DNA from: a candidate division WOR-3 bacterium | GTDB taxonomy: Bacteria; Hydrothermota; Tepidihabitantia; SM23-42; JAOAFX01 | DNA length: 47,736 nucleotides | Reading direction: 5' to 3' | Assembly: GCA_037444665.1 (NCBI GenBank) | Contig: JBBILZ010000011.1 | Coordinates: 1-47,736 of the forward strand | Part shown: positions 9,930-18,236 of the stretch, piece after piece | Layout: each line of letters opens with the position of its first letter | Numbering within the stretch: position 1 is the stretch's first letter | Notes under the pieces: generated by a model | What the model was told of the DNA's origin: nothing | The model's database searches: none | Seen by the model: only the letters and a program-made list of their open reading frames with translations | Program-made: the position numbers and the translations under genes

Positions 9930-9957
9930 TTGACATATTATTAATAGCGTGTATAAT
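9930..9957 (+). promoter_or_regulatory. sigma70-type promoter TTGACA-N16-TATAAT (leaderless)
   Basis: Exact consensus; ATG 9963 is 5 nt after the -10 box. Confidence 0.75.
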
Positions 9958-9962
9958 ATTTT

Positions 9963-11336
9963 ATGTTATCAATTTTGATTGTTGATGATGATGAATCTAT
10001 CCGTGCATTCCTTTCTGCGCTTTTTGAAGAGGATGGGCACAATGTGTATACTGCGACTAATGCAGAGATGGGATGGAAACTCTTTCTCCAGGAAAATCCT
10101 TCAGTGGTAATACTTGACCAGCGATTACCTGACGGTAAAGGTATTGATTTATTAAAAAAGATGAAAGAATGCGACAACGAAGTAAATATAATCATAATCA
10201 CTGGCTATGGGGAGATTAAAGAAGCAGTAAAGGCAATGGAAATTGGAGCCCTTAACTATCTTTTAAAACCACTTGATGTTCAGGAGTTGCGTATTATCAT
10301 AAATCGGATACAGGAAACCCTTGCAATAAAAATGGAGCGTGACCATTATCGCAATAGACTCAAGGTTTTGTGTCGTGGTAAATATACGCCAATTTTGTAT
10401 AAATCAAAAAAGATGGAGCAGGTGCTTGATAAGTGTGTTAAGGTAGCAAAGACAAACTCTACTGTCTTATTGACAGGTGAGAGTGGTACTGGTAAAGGGC
10501 TCCTGGCACTTTATATCCATCAGATAAGTGACCGTGCAGAAGGTTCGTTTGTTGATATTGATTGCACCACCATACCAGAAAATCTACTGGAATCAGAACT
10601 TTTTGGTTATGAGCCCGGGGCATTTACCGATGCGAGAAAAAGAAAAGAAGGGCTTATTGAATTGGCACACAAAGGCACGCTATTTCTTGACGAAATCAGC
10701 AGTTTACCCTTACTTCTGCAAGGCAAACTGTTAAAGGTGATAGAGACAAAGTCTTTTAGAAAACTTGGTGGGAAAAAAGAGATTGCAGTGGATGTAAGAA
10801 TCATTGTTGCAACCAATACAAACCTTGAGGATATGGTTAATAATAACACCTTTAGAAAGGACCTGTATTTTAGAATAAATACATTTCCCATCACTTTGCC
10901 ACCTTTAAGGGAAAGGAAAGAAGATATTATTCCCCTTGCCGAGCACTTTGCCAATGAAATTATTAAAGAATGCCATAAGAATATTCAGGGGATAGAACCC
11001 GGAGTCTTTGAGATTCTGCAGAACTATGATTGGCCAGGTAATGTCCGTGAATTAAGAAATACAATAGAGAAGGCAATAATTGTTGCGAGGGGTAATTTGA
11101 TAACACCAGATGATATAAGTTTAGGAATGGTTCAGCCAGTAAGATCTGAAGAGGCCAGCCCTCTCAATTATGAATCAGCAATAAGACAGACTGAATTTGA
11201 ACTTCTGAAAAAAGCCCTTATATTAAGTAAAGGTAATCAAACAAAAGCCGCAGAAATTATTGGAATATCAAGAAATTTTCTGATTCGCCTTATGAAAAAA
11301 CACAACATAAATCCTTTTGAATTTAAGAAGAGTTGA
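9963..11336 (+). CDS. sigma54-dependent response regulator (NtrC/PilR-like bEBP)
   Basis: Receiver domain (IVDDD, LDQRLPD, LLKP); AAA+ motifs GESGTGK, ESELFGYEPGAFTDA, LFLDEI, WPGNVREL; Fis-type HTH. Confidence 0.92.
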   Translation: MLSILIVDDDESIRAFLSALFEEDGHNVYTATNAEMGWKLFLQENPSVVILDQRLPDGKGIDLLKKMKECDNEVNIIIITGYGEIKEAVKAMEIGALNYLLKPLDVQELRIIINRIQETLAIKMERDHYRNRLKVLCRGKYTPILYKSKKMEQVLDKCVKVAKTNSTVLLTGESGTGKGLLALYIHQISDRAEGSFVDIDCTTIPENLLESELFGYEPGAFTDARKRKEGLIELAHKGTLFLDEISSLPLLLQGKLLKVIETKSFRKLGGKKEIAVDVRIIVATNTNLEDMVNNNTFRKDLYFRINTFPITLPPLRERKEDIIPLAEHFANEIIKECHKNIQGIEPGVFEILQNYDWPGNVRELRNTIEKAIIVARGNLITPDDISLGMVQPVRSEEASPLNYESAIRQTEFELLKKALILSKGNQTKAAEIIGISRNFLIRLMKKHNINPFEFKKS

Positions 11337-11348
11337 TTCATCTGTTTT

Positions 11349-11384
11349 TGTTCGGATTATAAACAGATGTCCTTGAAATAAACA
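11349..11384. promoter_or_regulatory. Tandem TGT-N11-ACA sites, candidate bEBP upstream activating sequences
   Basis: TGTtcggattataaACA (11349-11365) and TGTccttgaaataaACA (11368-11384), upstream of a sigma54 box. Confidence 0.5.
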
Positions 11385-11423
11385 GGATATCAGAAAATTT
11401 CTCCGAAATTTCAAGGTTTTTTC

Positions 11424-11439
11424 TGGCACAAATATTGCA
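11424..11439 (+). promoter_or_regulatory. sigma54 -24/-12 promoter
   Basis: TGGCACaaataTTGCA has GG-N10-GC spacing and lies directly downstream of the bEBP gene. Confidence 0.75.
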
Positions 11440-11491
11440 ATGTTATATTATGATGGCGAAAACACAAAGCAGAATGTATAATAGCATAGGA

Positions 11492-11519
11492 TTGACAAGG
11501 AAAGGAGATTGATTATACT
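11492..11519 (+). promoter_or_regulatory. sigma70-type promoter TTGACA-N16-TATACT
   Basis: Near-consensus boxes just ahead of the kinase gene. Confidence 0.55.
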
Positions 11520-13100
11520 ATGATGAGGGCATATATGGAGAAAAATAAATTAACTTTCTTAAGGTTTATTGTAATTCTTGCCACGATTTTGCTAATGACA
11601 TATTCAAAAAAGGGGCTACACTTTGGTGAACCAGGATATATTATTGCACTGGTATATTTTCTCATAGGTCTTGCCCTTACCCGTGTTCCAGATAAAATTC
11701 TATCAAGACCATGGTTTTCCTTTACTACATTTTTCCTGGACATAGTTATTATTTCTATTGCAATATATTTTGCTGAAGGGATTGCAACAGATTTTTATTT
11801 AATCTATTTCCTCGCAATATTTATCTCATCGGTTAGTCAGACAGTAAATGTGAGTTTACCCGTTGCGATAGTGGCAAGTATCATCTATGCCTGGCTTACC
11901 CATCAGCAATACCCTGATATATCTTTTCTGGATTCAAAGTTTCTAATTCGTATTCCATTCTTCTTTCTTATATCGCTGGTGAGTAGCTACTGGGCAGAGT
12001 CTACACGCCGGGAGCTCAGAAAAAAAGAGGAACTTGAAAGGTTCAATATTGAATTGAAAAAAGAAGTAGAGAGGGTGACAGCACGTGAAATTGAACTTCG
12101 TCTTTATAATGAAAGAATTATTAATAGCGTTGCGACTGGCATAATGGTAGTAAAGAGTGACGGACTTATAACCACAGTTAATCCTGAGGCAGAGAGGGCA
12201 TTTGGATATAAAAAAGACGAGCTGATTGGTTATAGTATAAAGAGCCTTGAAGGTATTGAAAAACTCTGGAATAAGATGGAGCAGGCAATGGCGACTGGTA
12301 AACCAATAATCCGTGAAGAGGTAGAGATTCAGAACAAAACTGGAGATAGCATCCCCATTGGTTTTAATATCACTCTACTGAACACACCAGAAAAAGATAT
12401 AAACGGTTGTGTATTGATATTTAAAGACCTTTCAGAAATAAGAAAACTTGAAGAGAAAGTAAAACAGAATGAGAGATTGTCCTATCTTGGTAAAATGGCG
12501 AGCTGGGTCGCCCATGAAATTCGCAATCCGTTGACCTCAATTGATGGTTTTACTCAGCTTTTGAAAAATATTCAGGATAAACAAAAAATAGATTCTTATA
12601 TTGAAGAGATCCGTAAAGGCACACAGCGCATAAATCATATTGTTGATGATATTTTGACCTTTGCCCGTTCCAGAAAGATGGAATTGAAAAAGATAGATGT
12701 GAAAGATTTGATAAAAGATATATTGCAAACAGTAAAAATACAGACAATGATTGAAGGAATTGAAGAACCCCTGATTCGCGGAGAAGAAGAGTCTGTACGC
12801 CGACTATTTGTGAATCTTATTACAAATGCTATTGAGGCGATGAATGAAAATGGTCTATTGAGAATAGATTTCAAAAAAATTGATAATTTTATACTCACAG
12901 AAGTTATTGATAATGGAAAGGGGATTGATGAAAAAGACCTGAAAAATCTTTTTATTCCGTTTTATACAACGAAAACAAGGGGCACAGGATTGGGACTGGC
13001 GATCGTCAAAAAGATTGTTGATGACCATCATGGAAAGATTGAGGTAGAAAGTAAGCCTGGGCAGGGAACAAAAATAATGGTATACTTACCTGCCTGGTAA
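11520..13100 (+). CDS. Membrane-bound PAS-domain sensor histidine kinase (PilS-like architecture); true start may be 11523 or 11535
   Basis: Multiple N-terminal TM helices, PAS domain, H-box VAHEIRNPL, N-box NLITNAIEA, DNGKG, GTGLGLAI. Confidence 0.9.
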   Translation: MMRAYMEKNKLTFLRFIVILATILLMTYSKKGLHFGEPGYIIALVYFLIGLALTRVPDKILSRPWFSFTTFFLDIVIISIAIYFAEGIATDFYLIYFLAIFISSVSQTVNVSLPVAIVASIIYAWLTHQQYPDISFLDSKFLIRIPFFFLISLVSSYWAESTRRELRKKEELERFNIELKKEVERVTAREIELRLYNERIINSVATGIMVVKSDGLITTVNPEAERAFGYKKDELIGYSIKSLEGIEKLWNKMEQAMATGKPIIREEVEIQNKTGDSIPIGFNITLLNTPEKDINGCVLIFKDLSEIRKLEEKVKQNERLSYLGKMASWVAHEIRNPLTSIDGFTQLLKNIQDKQKIDSYIEEIRKGTQRINHIVDDILTFARSRKMELKKIDVKDLIKDILQTVKIQTMIEGIEEPLIRGEEESVRRLFVNLITNAIEAMNENGLLRIDFKKIDNFILTEVIDNGKGIDEKDLKNLFIPFYTTKTRGTGLGLAIVKKIVDDHHGKIEVESKPGQGTKIMVYLPAW

Positions 13101-13121
13101 ACATAGATTTAGGAGGATACA

Positions 13122-13481
13122 ATGAAAAAGAGGATTCTTGTCTGTGATGATGAAGCACCAATAAGGTTATTGCTTAGTGAGGCATTAAATGATGATTATG
13201 ATGTTGTTGTCTGTGATGATGGTAGAGAGGCAGTAAAGTATATAACCAAAGAAAAATTTGACCTTTTGATAACCGATATCAAGATGCCTGGTGTTCATGG
13301 TTTTGAAGTAATTGAAAGGATAAGGGAGCGAAATAAGAATATTCCCATAATCATCTGTTCGGCATATAAGTTACTTGAAGATGATGTCATTGTAAAGACT
13401 TCAGAAGTTGCTGCATTTTTAACAAAACCGATTGAAATAAGACAATTGAAAGCAAAGGTATTTGAATTGATTGGGATATAA
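13122..13481 (+). CDS. Single-domain response regulator (CheY-like receiver)
   Basis: VCDDE, ITDIKMP, FLTKP; SD AGGAGG. Confidence 0.9.
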   Translation: MKKRILVCDDEAPIRLLLSEALNDDYDVVVCDDGREAVKYITKEKFDLLITDIKMPGVHGFEVIERIRERNKNIPIIICSAYKLLEDDVIVKTSEVAAFLTKPIEIRQLKAKVFELIGI

Positions 13482-13487
13482 TAAATT

Positions 13488-14075
13488 ATGCGCATTGGTG
13501 AATTGCTGGTAAAGAGCGGGATTATTACAGAAGACCAGTTAAAAAAGGCTTTAGAAATTCAAAAGACACATAAAAAGAAACTGGGTGAAATTTTGATTGA
13601 ACTTGGTTATATCAATGCTCGTGACCTGGTCTGGATATTGAGTGAACAAGTGGCAATACCATTCATTGAATTGAAACCAGAAGTTCTGGATAGTCAGCTT
13701 ATCAAATCATTTCCTGAAAAATTATTGTATGATTATTGTGCAATTCCGCTCTATGAAATAGAGGGTAAACTTTATATCGCAATGGGCGACCCGACCGATA
13801 AACAGGGGCTTGAAAAGATAAAGGAATTTGTGAAAAAAGAAGTTATACTTTCTGCTGCAGAACCAGAAAAAATTTTAGAACTCCTTGATAAATTTTTTCT
13901 TACGGAGCAAACAGAACAGATATTCATTAATGAATCTTTTAAGGGAACAATTAAAATAGATATTGATAAAGAACACGCAACAATGGAGGTCATTGATGAG
14001 AATGGTACAACTATGAAATTTAAAGGTAGGGTTCAGATAATGATAAAGTTTCAGGAACAGAAAGATAATGGTTGA
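13488..14075 (+). CDS. Stand-alone MshEN / T2SSE N-terminal domain protein (predicted c-di-GMP receptor) with no ATPase domain
   Basis: Two MshEN motifs, RIGELLVKSGIITEDQLKKALEIQ and KLGEILIELGYINARDLVWILSEQ, then the N1E-like IP...IAMGDP. Ends at 195 aa. Confidence 0.85.
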   Translation: MRIGELLVKSGIITEDQLKKALEIQKTHKKKLGEILIELGYINARDLVWILSEQVAIPFIELKPEVLDSQLIKSFPEKLLYDYCAIPLYEIEGKLYIAMGDPTDKQGLEKIKEFVKKEVILSAAEPEKILELLDKFFLTEQTEQIFINESFKGTIKIDIDKEHATMEVIDENGTTMKFKGRVQIMIKFQEQKDNG

Positions 14076-14077
14076 TT

Positions 14078-15109
14078 ATGTCCGAGATTAAAAAATTATT
14101 AAAGCATATTGTAGATTCAAAGGCAAGTGATTTACATCTGAGTGCCGGCTCTCCGATTATGATGAGAGTGTATGGCACAATGAAAAAATTGAGTGAGGAT
14201 GGAGCCGGACCTGAAATTATTCGTAAATTAATCTATGATATACTCACTGACGAGCAGAAAACATTGTTGGAAAGAGAAAGAGAACTTGATTTTTCCCTGC
14301 ATATATCTGATATTGGAAGGTTCAGGGTGAATATCTTTCATCAGCGTCAGGGGTTTGGTGCTGTTTTCCGTGTGATTTCAGAAAAGATTCCATCAATGGA
14401 AGAATTGGGTTTGCCAAAGGTCATTAAAGAACTTATAGACCTTGACTATGGATTGATTCTGGTGACCGGTCCAACTGGCAGCGGAAAATCAACGACCCTT
14501 GCGGCAATGATTGATTATATCAATACTAATAAAAATGGCCATATCATTACCATTGAAGACCCGATAGAGTTCATTCATAATACAAAGAATTGTATTGTTA
14601 ATCAGCGTGAAGTGGGCTCTAATACCCATTCATTCAATCATGCATTGAGGAGTGCATTGCGCGAAGACCCGGATTATATTCTGGTTGGTGAAATGCGTGA
14701 TGTAGAAACAATCAGTCTTGCCCTGACTGCTGCTGAAACCGGGCACCTGGTCTTTGCCACACTCCATACCTCAAGCGCTTCAAAGACCATTACCAGAATC
14801 ATTGATGTTTTTCCTACAGACCAGCAGGATAGGATAAGGGTCCAATTATCAGAATCACTTCAGGGTGTTATTGCCCAGCGTTTATATCCGAGAAAGGATA
14901 TTCCAGGCAGGGTTGCTGCATTTGAAATTCTCATTGCAAGCCAGGCCGTGCGCAATTTAATTCGTGAACAAAAGGTCTACCAGATTGATTCAGTAATTCA
15001 GACTGGCAGGCAATTTGGTATGCAGGATATGGAACAATCAAAAAGAAAGCTTGTCGCAGATGGCGTACTTGCCCCGGATTATTTAAAAGAGCGTTTTACA
15101 CTCTATTAA
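14078..15109 (+). CDS. pilT: Type IV pilus retraction ATPase PilT
   Basis: ASDLHL, GRFRVN, Walker A GPTGSGKST, TIEDPIE, ALREDPD, GEMRD, ETGHLVFATLHT, AVRNLIRE. ATG 14078 preferred over TTG 14072. Confidence 0.92.
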   Translation: MSEIKKLLKHIVDSKASDLHLSAGSPIMMRVYGTMKKLSEDGAGPEIIRKLIYDILTDEQKTLLERERELDFSLHISDIGRFRVNIFHQRQGFGAVFRVISEKIPSMEELGLPKVIKELIDLDYGLILVTGPTGSGKSTTLAAMIDYINTNKNGHIITIEDPIEFIHNTKNCIVNQREVGSNTHSFNHALRSALREDPDYILVGEMRDVETISLALTAAETGHLVFATLHTSSASKTITRIIDVFPTDQQDRIRVQLSESLQGVIAQRLYPRKDIPGRVAAFEILIASQAVRNLIREQKVYQIDSVIQTGRQFGMQDMEQSKRKLVADGVLAPDYLKERFTLY

Positions 15110-15130
15110 ACTAAAAATAGAAAAATTTTC

Positions 15131-15158
15131 TTGATTTTTATTGAAAATTCCATATAAT
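15131..15158 (+). promoter_or_regulatory. sigma70-type promoter TTGATT-N16-TATAAT
   Basis: Lies upstream of hppA. Confidence 0.55.
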
Positions 15159-15227
15159 ATAAATCATTTTTTTGTTTAAAATATTTCGTGGAATAGGTTA
15201 GCCATTCTAAAAATGGAATTAAATCAA

Positions 15228-15316
15228 TGTAGTTGCCCAATTTCCCGAAGGGATTCTCGTCCCATCGGGACGGAGCATTGGATTCTTTTTGGTGCTTGAT
15301 AAATCAAGCAACTACA
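15228..15316. repeat. GTAG-type REP-like element with nested palindrome
   Basis: Terminal inverted repeats TGTAGTTGC/GCAACTACA; inner TGCTTGAT/ATCAAGCA; nested CGTCCCatcGGGACG. Confidence 0.65.
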
Positions 15317-15384
15317 AATTCAGGGTGGCTAAACTATTGCTATTTGGTTGATTTGGGCATTAATATTTTTATAAAGGAGGTTAG

Positions 15385-17469
15385 ATGCATCCATTATTCT
15401 GGTTGACGCCGATTGGTTCCGTGCTTGCCCTGGTCTTTGCCTGGTATTTATCATTGTCAACAAAAAAGTTTGATGAAGGCACTGATAGGATGCAGGAGAT
15501 CGCCCAGGCTGTAAGGACAGGTGCCAGGGCATATATCAAAAGACAGTATGGTGTAGTAACAATATTCTTTGCAGTAGTATTTGTCATTCTGTTAATCATT
15601 GCTTTGAACAGAATGCTACCGATCTATGTCCCATTCGCTTTTATTACTGGTGGTTTTTTCTCGGGGTTCTCCGGTTTTGTCGGACTTACCCAGGCAACTA
15701 ATTCTTCTGCACGCACTGCCAATGCGGCACGGCAGAGTTTGAACAGTGGATTGCGTGTTGCATTTGCAGCCGGTGGCGTTATGGGCTTTGTGGTGGTGGG
15801 TTTGAGCCTTTTAGATTTGAGTATCTGGTTTTTGTTATTAAACTGGATTTATCGTAGTCTTCCTGAGGCACAGAAAATACAGAACATAACTTCAACAATG
15901 ATCTGTTTTGGTATGGGTGCATCATTTCAGGCACTCTTTGCCAGGGTCGGTGGAGGAATCTTTACCAAAGCCGCAGATGTGGGTGCAGACCTCGTGGGTA
16001 AAGTAGAAGCAGGTATCCCTGAAGATGACCCGCGCAATCCTGCAGTGATTGCGGATAATGTGGGTGACAATGTTGGTGATGTGGCAGGAATGGGAGCAGA
16101 CCTTTATGAATCTTATGTCGGTTCAATCATTGCCACAATGGCACTCGCAGTTGCTGCCGGGCTTGGAATACAGGGTGTGGTTGTGCCCCAGGTGATGGCA
16201 ACAGTGGGTGTGCTCTGTTCTATCATTGGTACATTTCTCGTAAGCACAAAAGAGGATGCGACCCAATCCGCACTCCTCACTGCCTTGCGTCGTGGCATAT
16301 ATGCTTCAAGCATTATCATTGCAATCATTTCTGCATTTGTTATTAAATACATCCTGCCTGACCATTTTGGTTTTTACTGGGCAATCCTTGCCGGACTCGG
16401 TGCGGGTGTATTTATCGGATTTAACACGGAATTTTTTACTTCTGATAATTATCGTCCTACGCGCAGTATCTCTGATAGTGCCAAGACTGGTCCGGCAACC
16501 GTAATCTTAGAAGGGTTGAGCGTGGGAATGCTTTCAACTGCGCCGGCAGTTCTGGCAGTTGTAGTCGCAGTGCTGGCTGCCTATTTTTTGAGTGGTGGTG
16601 CTACAGATGCAAATATTGGGCTTTATGGTGTTTCCCTTGCTGCAGTAGGAATGCTTTCAACCCTGGGTATCACTTTAGCGACTGATGCTTATGGTCCGGT
16701 TGCAGACAATGCCGGTGGTAATGCCCAGATGTCGGGTCTGCCTGAAGAGGTCAGGCAGCGAACCGATGCCCTTGATGCACTCGGTAATACTACTGCTGCA
16801 ACGGGTAAAGGATTTGCAATTGGCTCTGCAGCATTGACCGCCCTTGCCTTGATTGCCGCATATCGTGACCAGATTTTACTTTTTGGTAAGGAACTTAATC
16901 TATCCATCACCAATCCTGCAGTCATTACTGGACTATTTATTGGTGCAATGATGCCTTATGCATTCTGTTCCTTAACCATAAAGGCAGTGGGCCGTGCTGC
17001 TGGCCTGATTGTCATTGAGGTACGTCGTCAATTTAAAGAGATTGCCGGATTAATGGAAAATAAAGCAAAACCAGATTATGCCCGTGCAGTTAATATCTGT
17101 ACCAGAGCAGCGCAGAAGGAAATGATTCTGCCTTCGTTATTAGCGATATTGACTCCGCTCATTGTGGGAATATTTTTAGGACCCAATGGTGTGGTCGGTA
17201 TTCTTGCCGGAGCATTGATTTCAGGTTTTGTGGTGGCATTGATGATGGCGAACAGCGGTGGCGCCTGGGATAATGCAAAGAAATATATTGAAAAAGGAAA
17301 TCTCGGTGGAAAGGGCTCTCAAGAACATAAGGCAGCAGTTGTTGGTGATACAGTAGGCGACCCATTCAAGGATACATCAGGACCATCGCTCAATATTCTG
17401 ATTAAGTTGATGGCGACATCATCAATCACCCTTGCCGGTTTTGTATTAAGGGCAACCCTGATGAAGTAA
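15385..17469 (+). CDS. hppA: Membrane-integral ion-translocating pyrophosphatase, K+-dependent type (probably Na+-pumping)
   Basis: GGGIFTKAADVGADLVGKVE, EDDPRNP, DNVGDNVGD, GNTTAA (Ala = K+-dependent signature), GDTVGDPFKD. Confidence 0.95.
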   Translation: MHPLFWLTPIGSVLALVFAWYLSLSTKKFDEGTDRMQEIAQAVRTGARAYIKRQYGVVTIFFAVVFVILLIIALNRMLPIYVPFAFITGGFFSGFSGFVGLTQATNSSARTANAARQSLNSGLRVAFAAGGVMGFVVVGLSLLDLSIWFLLLNWIYRSLPEAQKIQNITSTMICFGMGASFQALFARVGGGIFTKAADVGADLVGKVEAGIPEDDPRNPAVIADNVGDNVGDVAGMGADLYESYVGSIIATMALAVAAGLGIQGVVVPQVMATVGVLCSIIGTFLVSTKEDATQSALLTALRRGIYASSIIIAIISAFVIKYILPDHFGFYWAILAGLGAGVFIGFNTEFFTSDNYRPTRSISDSAKTGPATVILEGLSVGMLSTAPAVLAVVVAVLAAYFLSGGATDANIGLYGVSLAAVGMLSTLGITLATDAYGPVADNAGGNAQMSGLPEEVRQRTDALDALGNTTAATGKGFAIGSAALTALALIAAYRDQILLFGKELNLSITNPAVITGLFIGAMMPYAFCSLTIKAVGRAAGLIVIEVRRQFKEIAGLMENKAKPDYARAVNICTRAAQKEMILPSLLAILTPLIVGIFLGPNGVVGILAGALISGFVVALMMANSGGAWDNAKKYIEKGNLGGKGSQEHKAAVVGDTVGDPFKDTSGPSLNILIKLMATSSITLAGFVLRATLMK

Positions 17470-17503
17470 CTCAATCATAATGAACTGTTGAACAGGTAGG
17501 GTA

Positions 17504-18184
17504 ATGAAGATTAAAGATTGGCCTGAATCAGAGCGTCCCAGGGAAAGATTTTATGAGCAGGGAAGTTATGTATTGAGTGATATTGAATTGCTGGCGATCA
17601 TTATTGGTAAAGGTGTGAAGAATCGTTCAGCATTGGACCTGGCTCAGGAGATTTTGAGTCGGGTGGGCAGTTTGAAAAAACTTGCGGAAAAATCTGCAAA
17701 AGAGATTGAAAATTTAAAGATTCCCGGATTGGGTCGGGCAAAGATAATTACTATTCTTTCCGCACTGGAATTAGGCAGGCGTTCATACTCAAAAAAACAG
17801 GAGAGGATAATCAAATTTACAAGACCCCGTGACCTTTATGATTATTACGCACCGCTGATTGGTAATCTAAAACAGGAACTATTCAAAGTTGCGGCAGTTG
17901 ATGCCAAGAATGCATTGATTAAGGATACTACAATCTCAAAGGGTCTCCTTGATGCAAGTTTGACCCATCCACGAGAGGTCTTCAAGTTTGCGATTATTGA
18001 GAATGCGGGTGGATTATTTTTGATACACAATCATCCAAGTGGAATCTTGAAGCCTTCAGAAGATGATTTAAAGATTACTGAACGATTAAAGAGTGCTGGA
18101 GACTTAATGGGGATAAGGATTATTGACCACATCATCATTGCCGAAGAAGGGTTCTATTCTTTTTCCGAGCATAATTTATTATAA
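17504..18184 (+). CDS. radC: RadC family JAB-domain protein
   Basis: ERPRE, LSDIELLAII, HPREVF, HNHPSG..PSEDD, IDHIII. Confidence 0.92.
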   Translation: MKIKDWPESERPRERFYEQGSYVLSDIELLAIIIGKGVKNRSALDLAQEILSRVGSLKKLAEKSAKEIENLKIPGLGRAKIITILSALELGRRSYSKKQERIIKFTRPRDLYDYYAPLIGNLKQELFKVAAVDAKNALIKDTTISKGLLDASLTHPREVFKFAIIENAGGLFLIHNHPSGILKPSEDDLKITERLKSAGDLMGIRIIDHIIIAEEGFYSFSEHNLL

Positions 18185-18192
18185 TTGTATAA

Positions 18193-18223
18193 AAAGAGCC
18201 CCGGCATAAAACCGGGGCTCTTT
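18193..18223. terminator. Bidirectional intrinsic terminator
   Basis: AAAGAGCCCCGG / CCGGGGCTCTTT stem between convergent genes. Confidence 0.85.
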
Positions 18224-18236
18224 GTGGTTATTGTAA

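Noticed and set aside
10600..10640. GAFTDA instead of GAFTGA read as a sigma54-incompetent activator
   Set aside because: GAFTDA is a common natural variant, and a good sigma54 promoter lies immediately downstream.
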